DNA from: an uncultured Eubacteriales bacterium
Lineage (GTDB): Bacteria > Acidobacteriota > Aminicenantia > Aminicenantales > UBA4085
Direction of reading: 5' to 3'
Length of the DNA stretch: 64,000 nt
Assembly (NCBI GenBank): GCA_964537875.1
Contig: CAZIDN010000010.1
Span: 3,417-67,416, forward strand
A program made the translations under genes and the position numbers. This document shows, one piece after another, positions 31,617 through 41,538 of this stretch; position 1 is the stretch's first letter; the number at the start of each line of letters is the position of its first letter. The notes under the pieces are model-generated. The model ran no database searches. It was not told the DNA's origin and was given only the letters and a program-made list of their open reading frames with translations.

Positions 31617-33221
31617 ATGAAAAAAAGCATGACGGGCAGAATATCGCTGTTCGGAGGCTTGATGATCGGGCTGGCCGTCATCGGAATAGCCCTGACGGCG
31701 GCGGCCCAGGGCGCACCCCAGGCCCAGAAGCCCGCGGCCGCCGTGAAAGCGCCGGAGCACGCCAAACAATACAAGCGGCTCCTCATCAGGAACGCGATGG
31801 TCATCTACGGAAACGCCGAGCCTCCCTTCGGCCCCACGAACATCTGTGTGGAGGACGGGTTGATCGCGAGGGTCGGTGGCGTGCCTCGCGGCTGGGTGCC
31901 CGACGCCGAGATCGACGCTACAGGCAAGTACGTGATGCCCGGCATCGTCAACGGCCACATCCACCTCCAGGACGAACGCGGCGGCATCCCCCAGCCGTTC
32001 CAGTACGAGATGAACCTCTACTTGGCGGCGGGAGCGACGACCATCCGTGACGTCGGAGCCGACTGGAACAAGGCGAAGGAATGGCGCGCCCGGAGCGCTG
32101 CCCACACGCTGGTCGCACCGCGGATCCTGCTCTATGAACGCCTCTGGGCGTCGAAGGGATCTCACACGCCGGCCCTCGTCCGCGAGGGCGTTCGCTTTGC
32201 CAAGGCGGAGGGTGTCGACGGGCTCAAGGCCTCGGGCATGGACCGCGATCTGGCTGAGGCGCTGCTCGACGAAGCCAAGAAACAGGGGCTCCGGACCGCC
32301 GTCCATATCGCCGTCGACGAGACGACGGCCAAGGACTGGGCCGAGCTGGGCGTGACCTCCATCGAGCACTTCTATGGAGTCGCGGACGCCGCCCTGGACG
32401 GCATCCAGAATTTCCCGCCCGAACATAACGCCAGCAACGAAATCCACCGGTTCGGCCGCGCCGGCGAGCTGTATATCCAGCCGAACCTCAACAGGAAGAA
32501 GCTTTCCGACGTGCTCGACCTGATGATCAAGAACAATGTCTATTGGTGTCCGACGCTCTCGATCTACGTCGCCAGCCGCGACGTCATCCGGGCCCAGAAC
32601 CAGCCTTGGTTCAAGGACTACCTGCACCCGACTTTGGAACAGTATTTCCGGCCGGACATGCGGAACCACGGGTCGTATTTCCTGGGCTGGACCAACACCC
32701 AGGAGGTCCGCTGGAAGAAGAATTACCAGGTTTGGATGGACGCCCTCAAGGAGTTCGGCGTCAAGGGAGGCGTCATCACCGTCGGTGACGACGCCGGGTT
32801 TATCTACTCGATCTACGGATTCGGCCAAGTCCACGAAATGGAACTGCTCGAGGAGGCCGGTTTTCACCCTCTCGAGGTCATCAAGATGGCCACCGTGAAC
32901 GGCGCAAAATTGATCGGCATGGAGGACAGGCTCGGCCGGGTCCGCCAGGGCTTCATCGCCGACCTGCTGGTCGTCAACGGCAATCCCGTCGAAAACCTGC
33001 GGCTGCTGAATCCCGCCGGCACCGACGTGCTGACCTACGACGGCAAAGTCGTGAACAACTACGGCGCCATCGCGCCCGGCGACCCGAAAGTCAAGGCGGT
33101 GCGCGCCGGCGGCATCGAATGGACCATCAAGGACGGCATCCCCTACCACGTCCCGACGCTCATGAGGGAAGTGAAGGGGATGGTGGACCAGGGCCGGACG
33201 GAGAGGGCAAAAAAACGATGA
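31617..33221 (+). CDS. secreted amidohydrolase-family metal-dependent hydrolase
   Basis: RBS gaaggagg. Signal peptide present. Metal-binding GIVNGHIHL near the N-terminus and a C-terminal GFIADLLVV (Asp) motif. Confidence 0.8.
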   Translation: MKKSMTGRISLFGGLMIGLAVIGIALTAAAQGAPQAQKPAAAVKAPEHAKQYKRLLIRNAMVIYGNAEPPFGPTNICVEDGLIARVGGVPRGWVPDAEIDATGKYVMPGIVNGHIHLQDERGGIPQPFQYEMNLYLAAGATTIRDVGADWNKAKEWRARSAAHTLVAPRILLYERLWASKGSHTPALVREGVRFAKAEGVDGLKASGMDRDLAEALLDEAKKQGLRTAVHIAVDETTAKDWAELGVTSIEHFYGVADAALDGIQNFPPEHNASNEIHRFGRAGELYIQPNLNRKKLSDVLDLMIKNNVYWCPTLSIYVASRDVIRAQNQPWFKDYLHPTLEQYFRPDMRNHGSYFLGWTNTQEVRWKKNYQVWMDALKEFGVKGGVITVGDDAGFIYSIYGFGQVHEMELLEEAGFHPLEVIKMATVNGAKLIGMEDRLGRVRQGFIADLLVVNGNPVENLRLLNPAGTDVLTYDGKVVNNYGAIAPGDPKVKAVRAGGIEWTIKDGIPYHVPTLMREVKGMVDQGRTERAKKR

Positions 33222-33420
33222 GGAATCGGGACAAGAGTCTGCGATTCATGGCCAACGCTATTTTTCTCCGAGTCTTGCCAGAAACACCGCGCTTCGAATG
33301 GAGAAAATCAAACGGATGAATCCCTCTCGAGACGAAGACACGACGGGGAAGGGTCTCTGAGGCAGGCCGGCGCATCCTTGAATTAATATCAATGCAATAA
33401 TTAAAATGACATCCCCGTTC

Positions 33421-33546
33421 GGGCGGCGCTTAGGCCGTCCGCAGCCCCCGGGCCCCGGGGAACCAGTCCCGTCGGTTCCCCCCGTCGGAAAAGCCGACGG
33501 GGCCCCCCTCCGCTACGAGGGCTTTAGGATGGCCTAAGCGCCGCCC
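33421..33546. repeat. GC-rich palindromic repeat element, copy 1 (16-bp terminal inverted repeats gggcggcgcttaggcc / ggcctaagcgccgccc flanking a ~75-bp core with two internal hairpins)
   Basis: Perfect 16-bp inverted repeats lie at 33421-33436 and 33531-33546. The core 33449-33522 is about 90% identical to the reverse complement of 61527-61598. Confidence 0.7.
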
Positions 33547-33638
33547 ATACATTGTCACTTTATTTATTACGTTTGTATTAGTTGAAGGAAGAGTAGCAAA
33601 AAGGATATAATTTTTTTGCCCCGCTTTTGGGAAGGACC

Positions 33639-34604
33639 ATGAAACTCATCATCCAGATTCCCTGTTACAATGAAGAAAAAAACCTGCCGGCGACATTTTT
33701 GGACCTGCCCAAAACGATCGAAGGGATCGAGAGGATCGAGACGCTGATTATCGATGACGGGAGCGAAGACCACACCGTGGAAATCGCCCGCCGCATCGGG
33801 GTCGATCACATCCTCCGCTTTAAAAATCACAAGGGCTTAGCCAGAGCTTTTTCCGAGGGCATCGACAAGAGCTTAGAATTAGGGGCGGATATTATCGTGA
33901 ACACCGATGCCGACAATCAATATGCAGGCCAGGACATCCCGCAGCTGGTCCAACCCATTCTCGAGGGGAAAGCTGATGTCGCCGTGGGCGCGAGGCGAAT
34001 CGAAGCCATCCCCCACTTTTCTTGGTTCAAAAAGAGACTGATCCGCTGGGGAAGCGCCCTCATCAGGACTTTATCCCGGACGAAAGTCGAAGATGCGGTG
34101 AGCGGTTTCCGGGCTTTTTCGAAGGAGGCGGCACTTCGGATCAGCATCCTGTCGGACTATTCCTACACCATCGAGAATCTCATTCAGCTGGGACACCAAA
34201 AACTCAAGATCATCTCTGTCCCCATTCGAACCAACCCGAAGTCGAGAGAATCGCGGCTGATCAAGAACATCCCCCACTTCGTAGGCCAACAGGCGGCCAC
34301 GATCTTGAGAGTCTATGCCACTTATCAAGCCTTAAAAGTCTTCATGACCCTAGGTTTGATCATCATCCTTCCCGGGCTGTTGGGATTTCTCCGGTTTCTC
34401 TATCTCTATGGGACCGGCCGGGGGCAGGGGCACGTTCAGTCCCTGATTTTTTCCGCCGCCATGTTTCTGGGTGGCCTCCTCATCCTCATCTTTGGCGTCA
34501 TCGCCGATCTCATCGGCAACAATCGGAAGCAGATCGAAAAGGCCCTCTATAGAATAAAAAGAATGGAGCTCGAGAACGCCGAAAGAACCAAGGATGAAGA
34601 TTGA
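33639..34604 (+). CDS. GT2 polyprenyl-phosphate glycosyltransferase (Dpm1/GtrB/ArnC-like) with C-terminal TM helices
   Basis: MKLIIQIPCYNEE, then DDGSEDHT and a DAD motif (NTDADNQY). Two C-terminal TM helices. Confidence 0.85.
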   Translation: MKLIIQIPCYNEEKNLPATFLDLPKTIEGIERIETLIIDDGSEDHTVEIARRIGVDHILRFKNHKGLARAFSEGIDKSLELGADIIVNTDADNQYAGQDIPQLVQPILEGKADVAVGARRIEAIPHFSWFKKRLIRWGSALIRTLSRTKVEDAVSGFRAFSKEAALRISILSDYSYTIENLIQLGHQKLKIISVPIRTNPKSRESRLIKNIPHFVGQQAATILRVYATYQALKVFMTLGLIIILPGLLGFLRFLYLYGTGRGQGHVQSLIFSAAMFLGGLLILIFGVIADLIGNNRKQIEKALYRIKRMELENAERTKDED

Positions 34605-35718
34605 TCTCGTCGGGCCTTCGTATCCTTTCCGGGGAGGCATCAGCTATTACACGACTCTTCTTTTCAGGCACTTAAAAGCAAAGCACCGAACCCATTTCTA
34701 TTGCTTTCGAAGGCAGTATCCCCGATTCCTCTTCCCGGGCAAGACCGATCGGGAAGAGAGCGGATTCTATTTGAGAGAAGAGGAATCTCAGCCCCTCTTG
34801 GATGCGCTCAATCCGTGGACCTGGCTGAAGGTGGCCGGGGGCGTGATCAGGGACAGGCCGGCGCTCACGATTTTTCCGTGGTGGGTCATGTACTGGGCTC
34901 CTCAATACTTGACGATGATCTTCCTCATCAAAATCTTCTCGAAAACCAAGATCTTGTTCATCTGCCACAATGTGGCCGAACATGAAGCAAGCTCCCTGAA
35001 GACCGTGGTCTCGAGATTCGTCCTTTCTCAGGGCGACTGCTTTATCGTTCATTCCGGGCAAGAAAAAGAAAACCTGAAAGCGCTCACCGGGAAGAGCATG
35101 ATCACTGTGACCCACCATCCGACCTATGATGTTTTTAACACGGCCGCCATGCCCAAGACATCCGCCCGAGAAAAACTCGGCCTTTCAGACGAAAAAATCA
35201 TCCTGTTCTTTGGCTTTGTCAGAGAGTATAAAGGCTTGCCTTACTTGATCGAAGCCCTCCCTTTAATCCTGGCCCGGTTCAAGGTCCGGCTCCTCATCGT
35301 CGGCGAGTTTTGGCAAGATAAGAAACGCTGTCTTCAACTCATCCGTAAAATGGGCGTCGAACAATACGTCACCGTTATTGACCGCTACGTTCCAAACGAG
35401 GACATGCCCGGCTATTTCTATGCCTCAGACCTGGTCATCCTTCCTTATACCTCTGTCACGGGAAGCGGGCTCCTCCAGCTGGCCTACGCTTTCGGCAGGC
35501 CGGTCGTGACGACCACGATCGGGGATTTTCCCGAAATCGTCGCAGACAAAAAGACGGGATTTCTTGTCGCCCCCCGAAGCGCCAAGGGAATTGCCGACGC
35601 GGTCGTGGATTTCTATGAGAACTATGACGGGGAGGAGATGAGCGTACGGATCAAGAAGGAAAAGGGCAAGTTTTCTTGGGATCACTTGATCCGAGCCATC
35701 GAAGGCTTTGTCCCATGA
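34594..35718 (+). CDS. GT4 family glycosyltransferase
   Basis: GT-B fold with the EX7E-type C-terminal region (FFGFVREYKGLPYLIEA; PYTSVTGSGLLQLAYAFGRPVV). Overlaps the upstream gene by 11 nt. Confidence 0.85.
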   Translation: MKIDLVGPSYPFRGGISYYTTLLFRHLKAKHRTHFYCFRRQYPRFLFPGKTDREESGFYLREEESQPLLDALNPWTWLKVAGGVIRDRPALTIFPWWVMYWAPQYLTMIFLIKIFSKTKILFICHNVAEHEASSLKTVVSRFVLSQGDCFIVHSGQEKENLKALTGKSMITVTHHPTYDVFNTAAMPKTSAREKLGLSDEKIILFFGFVREYKGLPYLIEALPLILARFKVRLLIVGEFWQDKKRCLQLIRKMGVEQYVTVIDRYVPNEDMPGYFYASDLVILPYTSVTGSGLLQLAYAFGRPVVTTTIGDFPEIVADKKTGFLVAPRSAKGIADAVVDFYENYDGEEMSVRIKKEKGKFSWDHLIRAIEGFVP

Positions 35719-37213
35719 CTATCTTCAGGCCGAGGCTTGGCAGCCGCTCGTCCAGAAAATATTTAGAAGTCTGAGAGCTATGGGAAAAGACACTCTCTAC
35801 ATGATCTTCGCCCAAATACTTTTTATCGCCTCGGCCACCGCGGTTCATATCGGCATGGGGAGGATCCTCGGTCCGGAGCCGTACGGCGAATTCGGAGTGA
35901 TCATGTCCCTGCTGGCCGTGCTCGAGGTCTTTCTGGCCAGAGGCATCCACGATTCGGTGACGAAATACACGGCCGAATTCCCGGAAAAATCTCAAGCCAT
36001 AAAGAGGCAAGGTCTGACCATTGAGGCCATTTTCGGCGGCCTCGTTTTTCTTCTGTATGTCTTGACGGCCAAGCCCATCGCCCTGGCTTTCCATAACATC
36101 AACCTCACCCGGCCCCTTCGAATCTCCGCCTTTATCATTCCCTTCATCGCCCTCTATTCGGTCTTGATTGGCCACTTGAGCGGAAAAAGGATGTTCGGAA
36201 AACGGGCTCTAGCCATGAATGTCCAATCTTTGGGAAAAGTCGCGGGCGTCTATATCCTCGTCTTGATGGGCTTCGGGCTTCAGGGGGCCGTGAGCGGCTA
36301 CCTGATCTCCTATGCCCTGGCCTTGCTGGCGGCATTTTATTTTTCGAGAGAAGCCCGCCAAGAATCCGAAACCTTTCCCGCCTCGAAGCTCCTCTTTTTC
36401 GCCATTCCGATCGTTGTCTTTTCAAGCATTCTGTCTCTGCTCATGAATTTAGACATTTTTTTCGTCAAGACTCTAGTCAAGGAGGGCCAAGCCGCCGGTT
36501 ACTATGCATCAGCGCAGGCATTGACCAGAGCCCCTTATCTGGTCTTTTACGCGTTCGCCATCACTCTCCTTCCTATCATTTCACGATTGACGTCCTCGAA
36601 TCGTCTCCAAGAGGCCTCGCGGTATGTCAACAAATCCTTAAGATTCCTTCTGATTCTGCTTGTTCCCTTGGCATTTTTGACAAACGGTTTGTCCGGTCCG
36701 ATCATCCAATGGATCTATTCTTCGCGGTACCTTCCCGCGGCCCGGCCTCTGGGCATCCTGATCTTCGGCATCACGTTTCTCACGTTTTTTTCGGTCCTGG
36801 CGGCGGTCATCACCGGGAGCGGCAAGCCAAAGACCTCGATGGCCCTGGCCTGTGCCGTCCTCCCTCTCGATTTTCTTTTGAATCTGCTTTTGGTTCCCCG
36901 ATTCGGCCTCAGCGGCGCCGCCGCCGCAACCACGCTCACCAGTCTTGCCGGGATGATCGCCGCCGCCCTCGTCGTCCAAAAAAAATTCGGCAACCTGATG
37001 AGCGGATATTCATTCCTAAAAATCCTGTTGAGCTCATTTGTGTTTTTTATTATTCCCCGGCTTTGGCCCGTCTCAGGCTGGAGTCTCATTCCCTATGCAA
37101 TGGGGCTCTTCGGATTCTACCTCCTCCTGTTGATTCTTCTCAAGGAAATCGGCAGGGATGACCTTAATCTTTTCAGAAACGTCTGGATTGGTATGATCAA
37201 AAAGAATCCCTGA
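35708..37213 (+). CDS. Wzx-like oligosaccharide flippase (MOP superfamily polysaccharide biosynthesis protein)
   Basis: About 12-14 TM helices with the polysaccharide-biosynthesis-protein topology. An alternative start exists at 35780 (MGKD). Confidence 0.7.
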   Translation: MSHDYLQAEAWQPLVQKIFRSLRAMGKDTLYMIFAQILFIASATAVHIGMGRILGPEPYGEFGVIMSLLAVLEVFLARGIHDSVTKYTAEFPEKSQAIKRQGLTIEAIFGGLVFLLYVLTAKPIALAFHNINLTRPLRISAFIIPFIALYSVLIGHLSGKRMFGKRALAMNVQSLGKVAGVYILVLMGFGLQGAVSGYLISYALALLAAFYFSREARQESETFPASKLLFFAIPIVVFSSILSLLMNLDIFFVKTLVKEGQAAGYYASAQALTRAPYLVFYAFAITLLPIISRLTSSNRLQEASRYVNKSLRFLLILLVPLAFLTNGLSGPIIQWIYSSRYLPAARPLGILIFGITFLTFFSVLAAVITGSGKPKTSMALACAVLPLDFLLNLLLVPRFGLSGAAAATTLTSLAGMIAAALVVQKKFGNLMSGYSFLKILLSSFVFFIIPRLWPVSGWSLIPYAMGLFGFYLLLLILLKEIGRDDLNLFRNVWIGMIKKNP

Positions 37214-37297
37214 GAAGCGCCTTGAAACGCGTCTATGGACATTTATCCCTCTCTTTGCTATTTTGCCTTGGAGACCGGTGGATGAAGGAGAGGCCTT

Positions 37298-39751
37298 TTG
37301 GCTAAGGATCGAAAACAGGAATTCCTTTTTGCCTTGGAAATCTCGGCCATTGCCTCTTTTCTCTGGCACGAGCTCATTTTTGAGCCTTGGAGCGCCTCAA
37401 AAAGATCATTAAGTTTTTCATTCGTGATCTTGGCGGGGCTCCTGATCGTCCTGGCCTTCGGTCTCTCCAGGATCCTGAAGGCCTATGTTTCCGTCCTGGC
37501 TTCACGGACTCAAACGGACGATGCTAAACTCAAAGCCTCCGTCATCCTGACTATCTCTCCTTTTCTTTTGCTCAACCTGACCTTTCTTCAATACTTGATC
37601 TATCTCAACGATATCGATCCAACGCTCCTGGCCGTTTCCTGCCTGGGCTTTATCTATCTCCAGATCGTCTTCTTGACTCAGCTGAAGAGCTCCCGGCCAA
37701 AGACGACGATGACCGCTAAAGCCTGGAACCGTTTGGCCTTCAGAGAATTGGGTGTCCAGCTGCTCTCGCGCCGCCTCTTCCTCGTGACTGTCCTGGTTTA
37801 TGTTCTCTACCTCTCAGGGCTGATTGTCCCGGCTCTGCCCTTCACCGGCGATGAGCCGCATTATCTCCTGATCACAAAAAGCCTGCTCTCGGACGGCGAT
37901 ATCAACCTTTACAACAATTATCTGAACAAAGATTATCTCGAATTCTATCCCGGGGAATTGGACTCCCATGCTTATCCGGGGAAAAAAGGAGGGCGACACC
38001 TCTATTCCAAACATCAGCCCGCACTCCCCGTCCTGCTTGTCCCTTTTTATTTCTTGGGCGAAAAATTAGGGAAATTTGTTTTCGACCTCAGCGGAAATGC
38101 CGCCCAAGAGCGGAAGATCATTATCTTTTTTTCACGCCTTCCCGTCTGCTTTCTTACGGCTTTTCTCAGTATCGCCTTTTTTCTCTATGTCTTCGAGCTC
38201 ACCCAAAAAAGGAATATCGCCATCCTCTCCTGGCTCGTTTTCAGCTTCACTCCTCCCCTCCTCTTTTATTCCCACGTGCTTTATCCCGAGATTCTCGTCG
38301 CCCTCATCCTTTTGTTGGTCTCCCTCCAGATCATCCAGAAAAAAAACTTCTCCCCCGGGAGTCTATTCGGGGCGGGAATCGGCATCGGCCTTCTGCCCTG
38401 GTGCGGGATCAAATATATCGTGCCCGCGGCAACAATTTCGCTCATCATCGTCTTTCTTTTTCTGAGATGGCCCGAGAAAGACGCCAAAAAAGCATTCGCC
38501 TTTGTCGGGCCGATTCTTCTCTCCGCCGGCCTTTATCTCTCTCTTCTCTTCAACTTGTATGGGAACCTCTCTCCTCAAACGATCTATAAAGGGACCGCCC
38601 CGGCGGGAAGCTATCGTCTCTCGCCTTTTATCGTCTCGGATCTTTTCGATTTCCTGATTCGGCTTCTGGGTTATCTCTTTGACCAGAGAGCGGGCGTTTT
38701 CGTCATCGCACCCGTTTATATCCTTCTCCTGCCGGGCCTCTTCCTCCTTGCTCGAAGATCTAAAAAAGAAACATTCCTTCTCGCCGGCCTTTTTTCCGTG
38801 TTCTGGGCTTTTTGCTCATTGACTTACTTTTACTGGGGCGGGTACAGCCCTCCGGCCAGGCCGTTGCTTCCGGTTCTGTGGATCTTGGCGTTGTTCATGG
38901 CCGGGGCATTCGCTTTCAGTCGGGATCAAGTGTCTCTTGTCGTCCGCAACGTCCTGGTGGCCATCGGTTTTTTCATGGCCGCTGTCTTCATTCGAAATCC
39001 CGGCCTCCTTTTCCACGAGAGTCTCACCAACCCCAGATCGAGCACCTCTCTTGGAATGACCAGTCATTTTCTCGCCCGATTCAGCAACATCTTCATCGAT
39101 TGGAGAAAGCTTGTCCCGTCCTTGTCCGCCCCGCACCGTGAAAACATAAACTGGATCCCTCTCCTCATCTGGATTCCCATGATATTGGGAATGGCCGCTC
39201 TCTTTCTGCGCTCTAAGAAATCGAAAGCCCAGGAGTCGCCGCCCCGTTCCTTGCCGGTCCACCTCAGCGGCGTGGCTCTTCTTTCGGTTCTTCTCATCGC
39301 CAACGCCTTTCTCAACATCCGTCTCGAAAATGGATTTATTCTAAAGGGTAAGGAATACGAGGTTTTTGCCCAGGACGAAAACACCTATAAAACGGAACTG
39401 GGTGGATGCTGGATCAAAGGAAAAAGCAAAGCCGCCTTGATCATCAAAACGGCTGAGCCGGCCGCGAAGATCAGCCTGGCTCTCTCCTGCCCTACGAAAG
39501 GAAAGACAACGGTCCGGCTCGCCCGCCAGACAAAGCAGGTCGAAAGGAAATCGAGGACAGGCCTCGAACAGTCAATCGTGTTCTCGTCTCCGCAAGGTTT
39601 TTCCTGGAAGGGAAGTTATCTCTACCGACTTGAAATCGAGGAAAACAGCGGATTTTATCCTTCTAGGATCGATCGGGACAGTCAAGACAACCGGTTTTTA
39701 GGCGTTTTTATCAGAATCGAAGCGAGCTTTCTTCGTTCAAACCCGAAATAG
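37298..39751 (+). CDS. large polytopic membrane protein, GT-C-like (ArnT/PMT_2-like) putative glycosyltransferase or polymerase
   Basis: An 817-aa protein with more than 15 predicted TM helices. Its first-loop motif FTGDEPHYLLITKSLLSDGDINLYNNY is reminiscent of the GT-C DE motif. It has a C-terminal soluble domain. Confidence 0.45.
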   Translation: MAKDRKQEFLFALEISAIASFLWHELIFEPWSASKRSLSFSFVILAGLLIVLAFGLSRILKAYVSVLASRTQTDDAKLKASVILTISPFLLLNLTFLQYLIYLNDIDPTLLAVSCLGFIYLQIVFLTQLKSSRPKTTMTAKAWNRLAFRELGVQLLSRRLFLVTVLVYVLYLSGLIVPALPFTGDEPHYLLITKSLLSDGDINLYNNYLNKDYLEFYPGELDSHAYPGKKGGRHLYSKHQPALPVLLVPFYFLGEKLGKFVFDLSGNAAQERKIIIFFSRLPVCFLTAFLSIAFFLYVFELTQKRNIAILSWLVFSFTPPLLFYSHVLYPEILVALILLLVSLQIIQKKNFSPGSLFGAGIGIGLLPWCGIKYIVPAATISLIIVFLFLRWPEKDAKKAFAFVGPILLSAGLYLSLLFNLYGNLSPQTIYKGTAPAGSYRLSPFIVSDLFDFLIRLLGYLFDQRAGVFVIAPVYILLLPGLFLLARRSKKETFLLAGLFSVFWAFCSLTYFYWGGYSPPARPLLPVLWILALFMAGAFAFSRDQVSLVVRNVLVAIGFFMAAVFIRNPGLLFHESLTNPRSSTSLGMTSHFLARFSNIFIDWRKLVPSLSAPHRENINWIPLLIWIPMILGMAALFLRSKKSKAQESPPRSLPVHLSGVALLSVLLIANAFLNIRLENGFILKGKEYEVFAQDENTYKTELGGCWIKGKSKAALIIKTAEPAAKISLALSCPTKGKTTVRLARQTKQVERKSRTGLEQSIVFSSPQGFSWKGSYLYRLEIEENSGFYPSRIDRDSQDNRFLGVFIRIEASFLRSNPK

Positions 39752-39884
39752 CGTCCGGAGGCCTCTCCGACCCGGCCGAGAACTGGCCGTTCCTTTCGAC
39801 ATCCTCAAGTCTTCCGTTCAGAATCGCGTTCACGGAATCGTTAGTCCCTTTTTGAGCGCCCGGGCACCGGTTCGGCTCTTCTGT

Positions 39885-40775
39885 TTATTTATTTTCTCTT
39901 AAGCCCCGAGCAGCTCCCCAGCACCAGGCCAGTTTTTGGGCATAGACTAGAGGCGCCGTCCAAAAGTATTTGACAAGGCCCGAGTTGTTCGCGTAAATCT
40001 CGAGGGTCACCATCAGGGCGATCAGCGGAGCCGCCAGAAGAATGAGGCCCGGCGAGCGAAGCACGAACGGCGTATGCAAAAGCGAGTCATATTTGTTGCG
40101 GAGAAGAATCGTTTTTGAAGCGTGCTCCGAGGCGTTCTTGAGAACAGTCGCCAAGCTCGTCCGATCAGGATCATGGATGACAACGGCCCTGGGCGCGAAA
40201 TGGACCCGGTGCCCTTTTAATCGCGCCCGGAGCATAAGCTCCATATCCGGAACCTTGCTCTTTTCGTCAAAGCCACCCAATTCTTCCAGAACCGGCCGTC
40301 TGATGCCCATATTGGCGCCGGCGATCGATCCCGCCCAGCCCTCCGTGCGGCGCTTCATGAAGGGATGAAACTGGGAGATATTGTGGCAGAGCTTGATGTA
40401 ATTCGAGACAGGACTTTGAATCGCGCCCGCCGCAAGAGGATGCTGCTCGAGCGACGACGTCATGCATTCCACCCAATCCTCCTGAGCCAAGCAGTCGTCA
40501 TCGATAAAGAGGAGAACCTCGCCCCTGGCTGACCGGAGTCCCCTATTCCCGGCAGCCGCCAGACCGAGATTTTTGCCCACGGCCACATATCTCATGTTTG
40601 ACAAATCCCGTCCCGCCCTCTCACAAAGCGCCGCCGTCCCGTCGGTGGAACCATCATCGACCACGACAATCTCAAACTGCTCTGAAGCCACGGTCTGGCA
40701 GGCAAGAGATCGAAGGGCGCGTTCGAGCAGATGGACTCTGTTATAGGTGCAGAGAATGACACTGGTAAACATCAC
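39885..40775 (-). CDS. GT2 family glycosyltransferase
   Basis: SVILCTYNRVHLLERAL, then VVDDGSTDGT and a DDD motif (LFIDDDCL). Confidence 0.8.
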   Translation of the reverse strand: MMFTSVILCTYNRVHLLERALRSLACQTVASEQFEIVVVDDGSTDGTAALCERAGRDLSNMRYVAVGKNLGLAAAGNRGLRSARGEVLLFIDDDCLAQEDWVECMTSSLEQHPLAAGAIQSPVSNYIKLCHNISQFHPFMKRRTEGWAGSIAGANMGIRRPVLEELGGFDEKSKVPDMELMLRARLKGHRVHFAPRAVVIHDPDRTSLATVLKNASEHASKTILLRNKYDSLLHTPFVLRSPGLILLAAPLIALMVTLEIYANNSGLVKYFWTAPLVYAQKLAWCWGAARGLRENK

Positions 40776-40806
40776 AGGCTGCTTCGGCCGGGAATTCCGA
40801 TATTTT

Positions 40807-41481
40807 TTATCGCTTTATCCCCTCCAGCAAAAAGTAGGTCTTGCCTTTTCGATCCGCGAAAAACGGGCTTACCCGAAAATCCTCAAAATAGGCGGCATAT
40901 CTCGCTCTGACCTCGCCGGAATCTCGGAAATATCTGACGTGAGAGTCGTAGGAAAAGTTGGGGACAATCGCATAAAATCTCGCGCCCGTCTTGATCCGCT
41001 GGATAACTTCAATATCCGCTTGGACATGGTCGAGAAGCTCCGCGCAGACAACGGCATCGGACGGAAATGTCGTAAACAGGTCTGTTCGGAGGGCGTCTTC
41101 GGCGACAAATGTAAAGTCCGGGCAGTTTTTTCTAGCCCATTCAATACGCTTTTGACTGAAGTCGATTCCGCAATACGCTTGGATGCCTCTATCGCGGAGC
41201 AACAGGGCAAATTGCCCGGACCCGCACCCGACATCGAGGACCGAGCGGACGCCATCACGAGTCATGAGGTGGGCGATCACCGACCACAAAAAATAGTGCT
41301 TCGACTCGGTGTAGTGCTTATGTGTTTCGATGGTCCTGGAAAACGCTCGATCATACCAATCGGGACTTCGTTCGCTCGGTTTTTCGTCCCTCCGCCGGAT
41401 GAAACGGCCGAGAGTCTTCATCCCGGAGAGGAGAATCGGCGGAGACAGGGCTTTGCCGAGCTTTTTGATCTTATAATTCAT
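40807..41481 (-). CDS. class I SAM-dependent methyltransferase
   Basis: Motif I VLDVGCGSGQFA, plus an acidic loop (CGIDFS). Confidence 0.8.
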   Translation of the reverse strand: MNYKIKKLGKALSPPILLSGMKTLGRFIRRRDEKPSERSPDWYDRAFSRTIETHKHYTESKHYFLWSVIAHLMTRDGVRSVLDVGCGSGQFALLLRDRGIQAYCGIDFSQKRIEWARKNCPDFTFVAEDALRTDLFTTFPSDAVVCAELLDHVQADIEVIQRIKTGARFYAIVPNFSYDSHVRYFRDSGEVRARYAAYFEDFRVSPFFADRKGKTYFLLEGIKR

Positions 41482-41538
41482 GATTTTCGATTCACCTTCG
41501 CTCGTTCGGAAGAATTGATTCTGCCGTCATGGGCTGCT

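Noticed and set aside
31578-33149. 523-aa minus-strand ORF
   Set aside because: It is a shadow ORF antisense to the amidohydrolase gene. It has no recognisable motifs and sits in the GC3-rich gene with the highest chance of open antisense frames.
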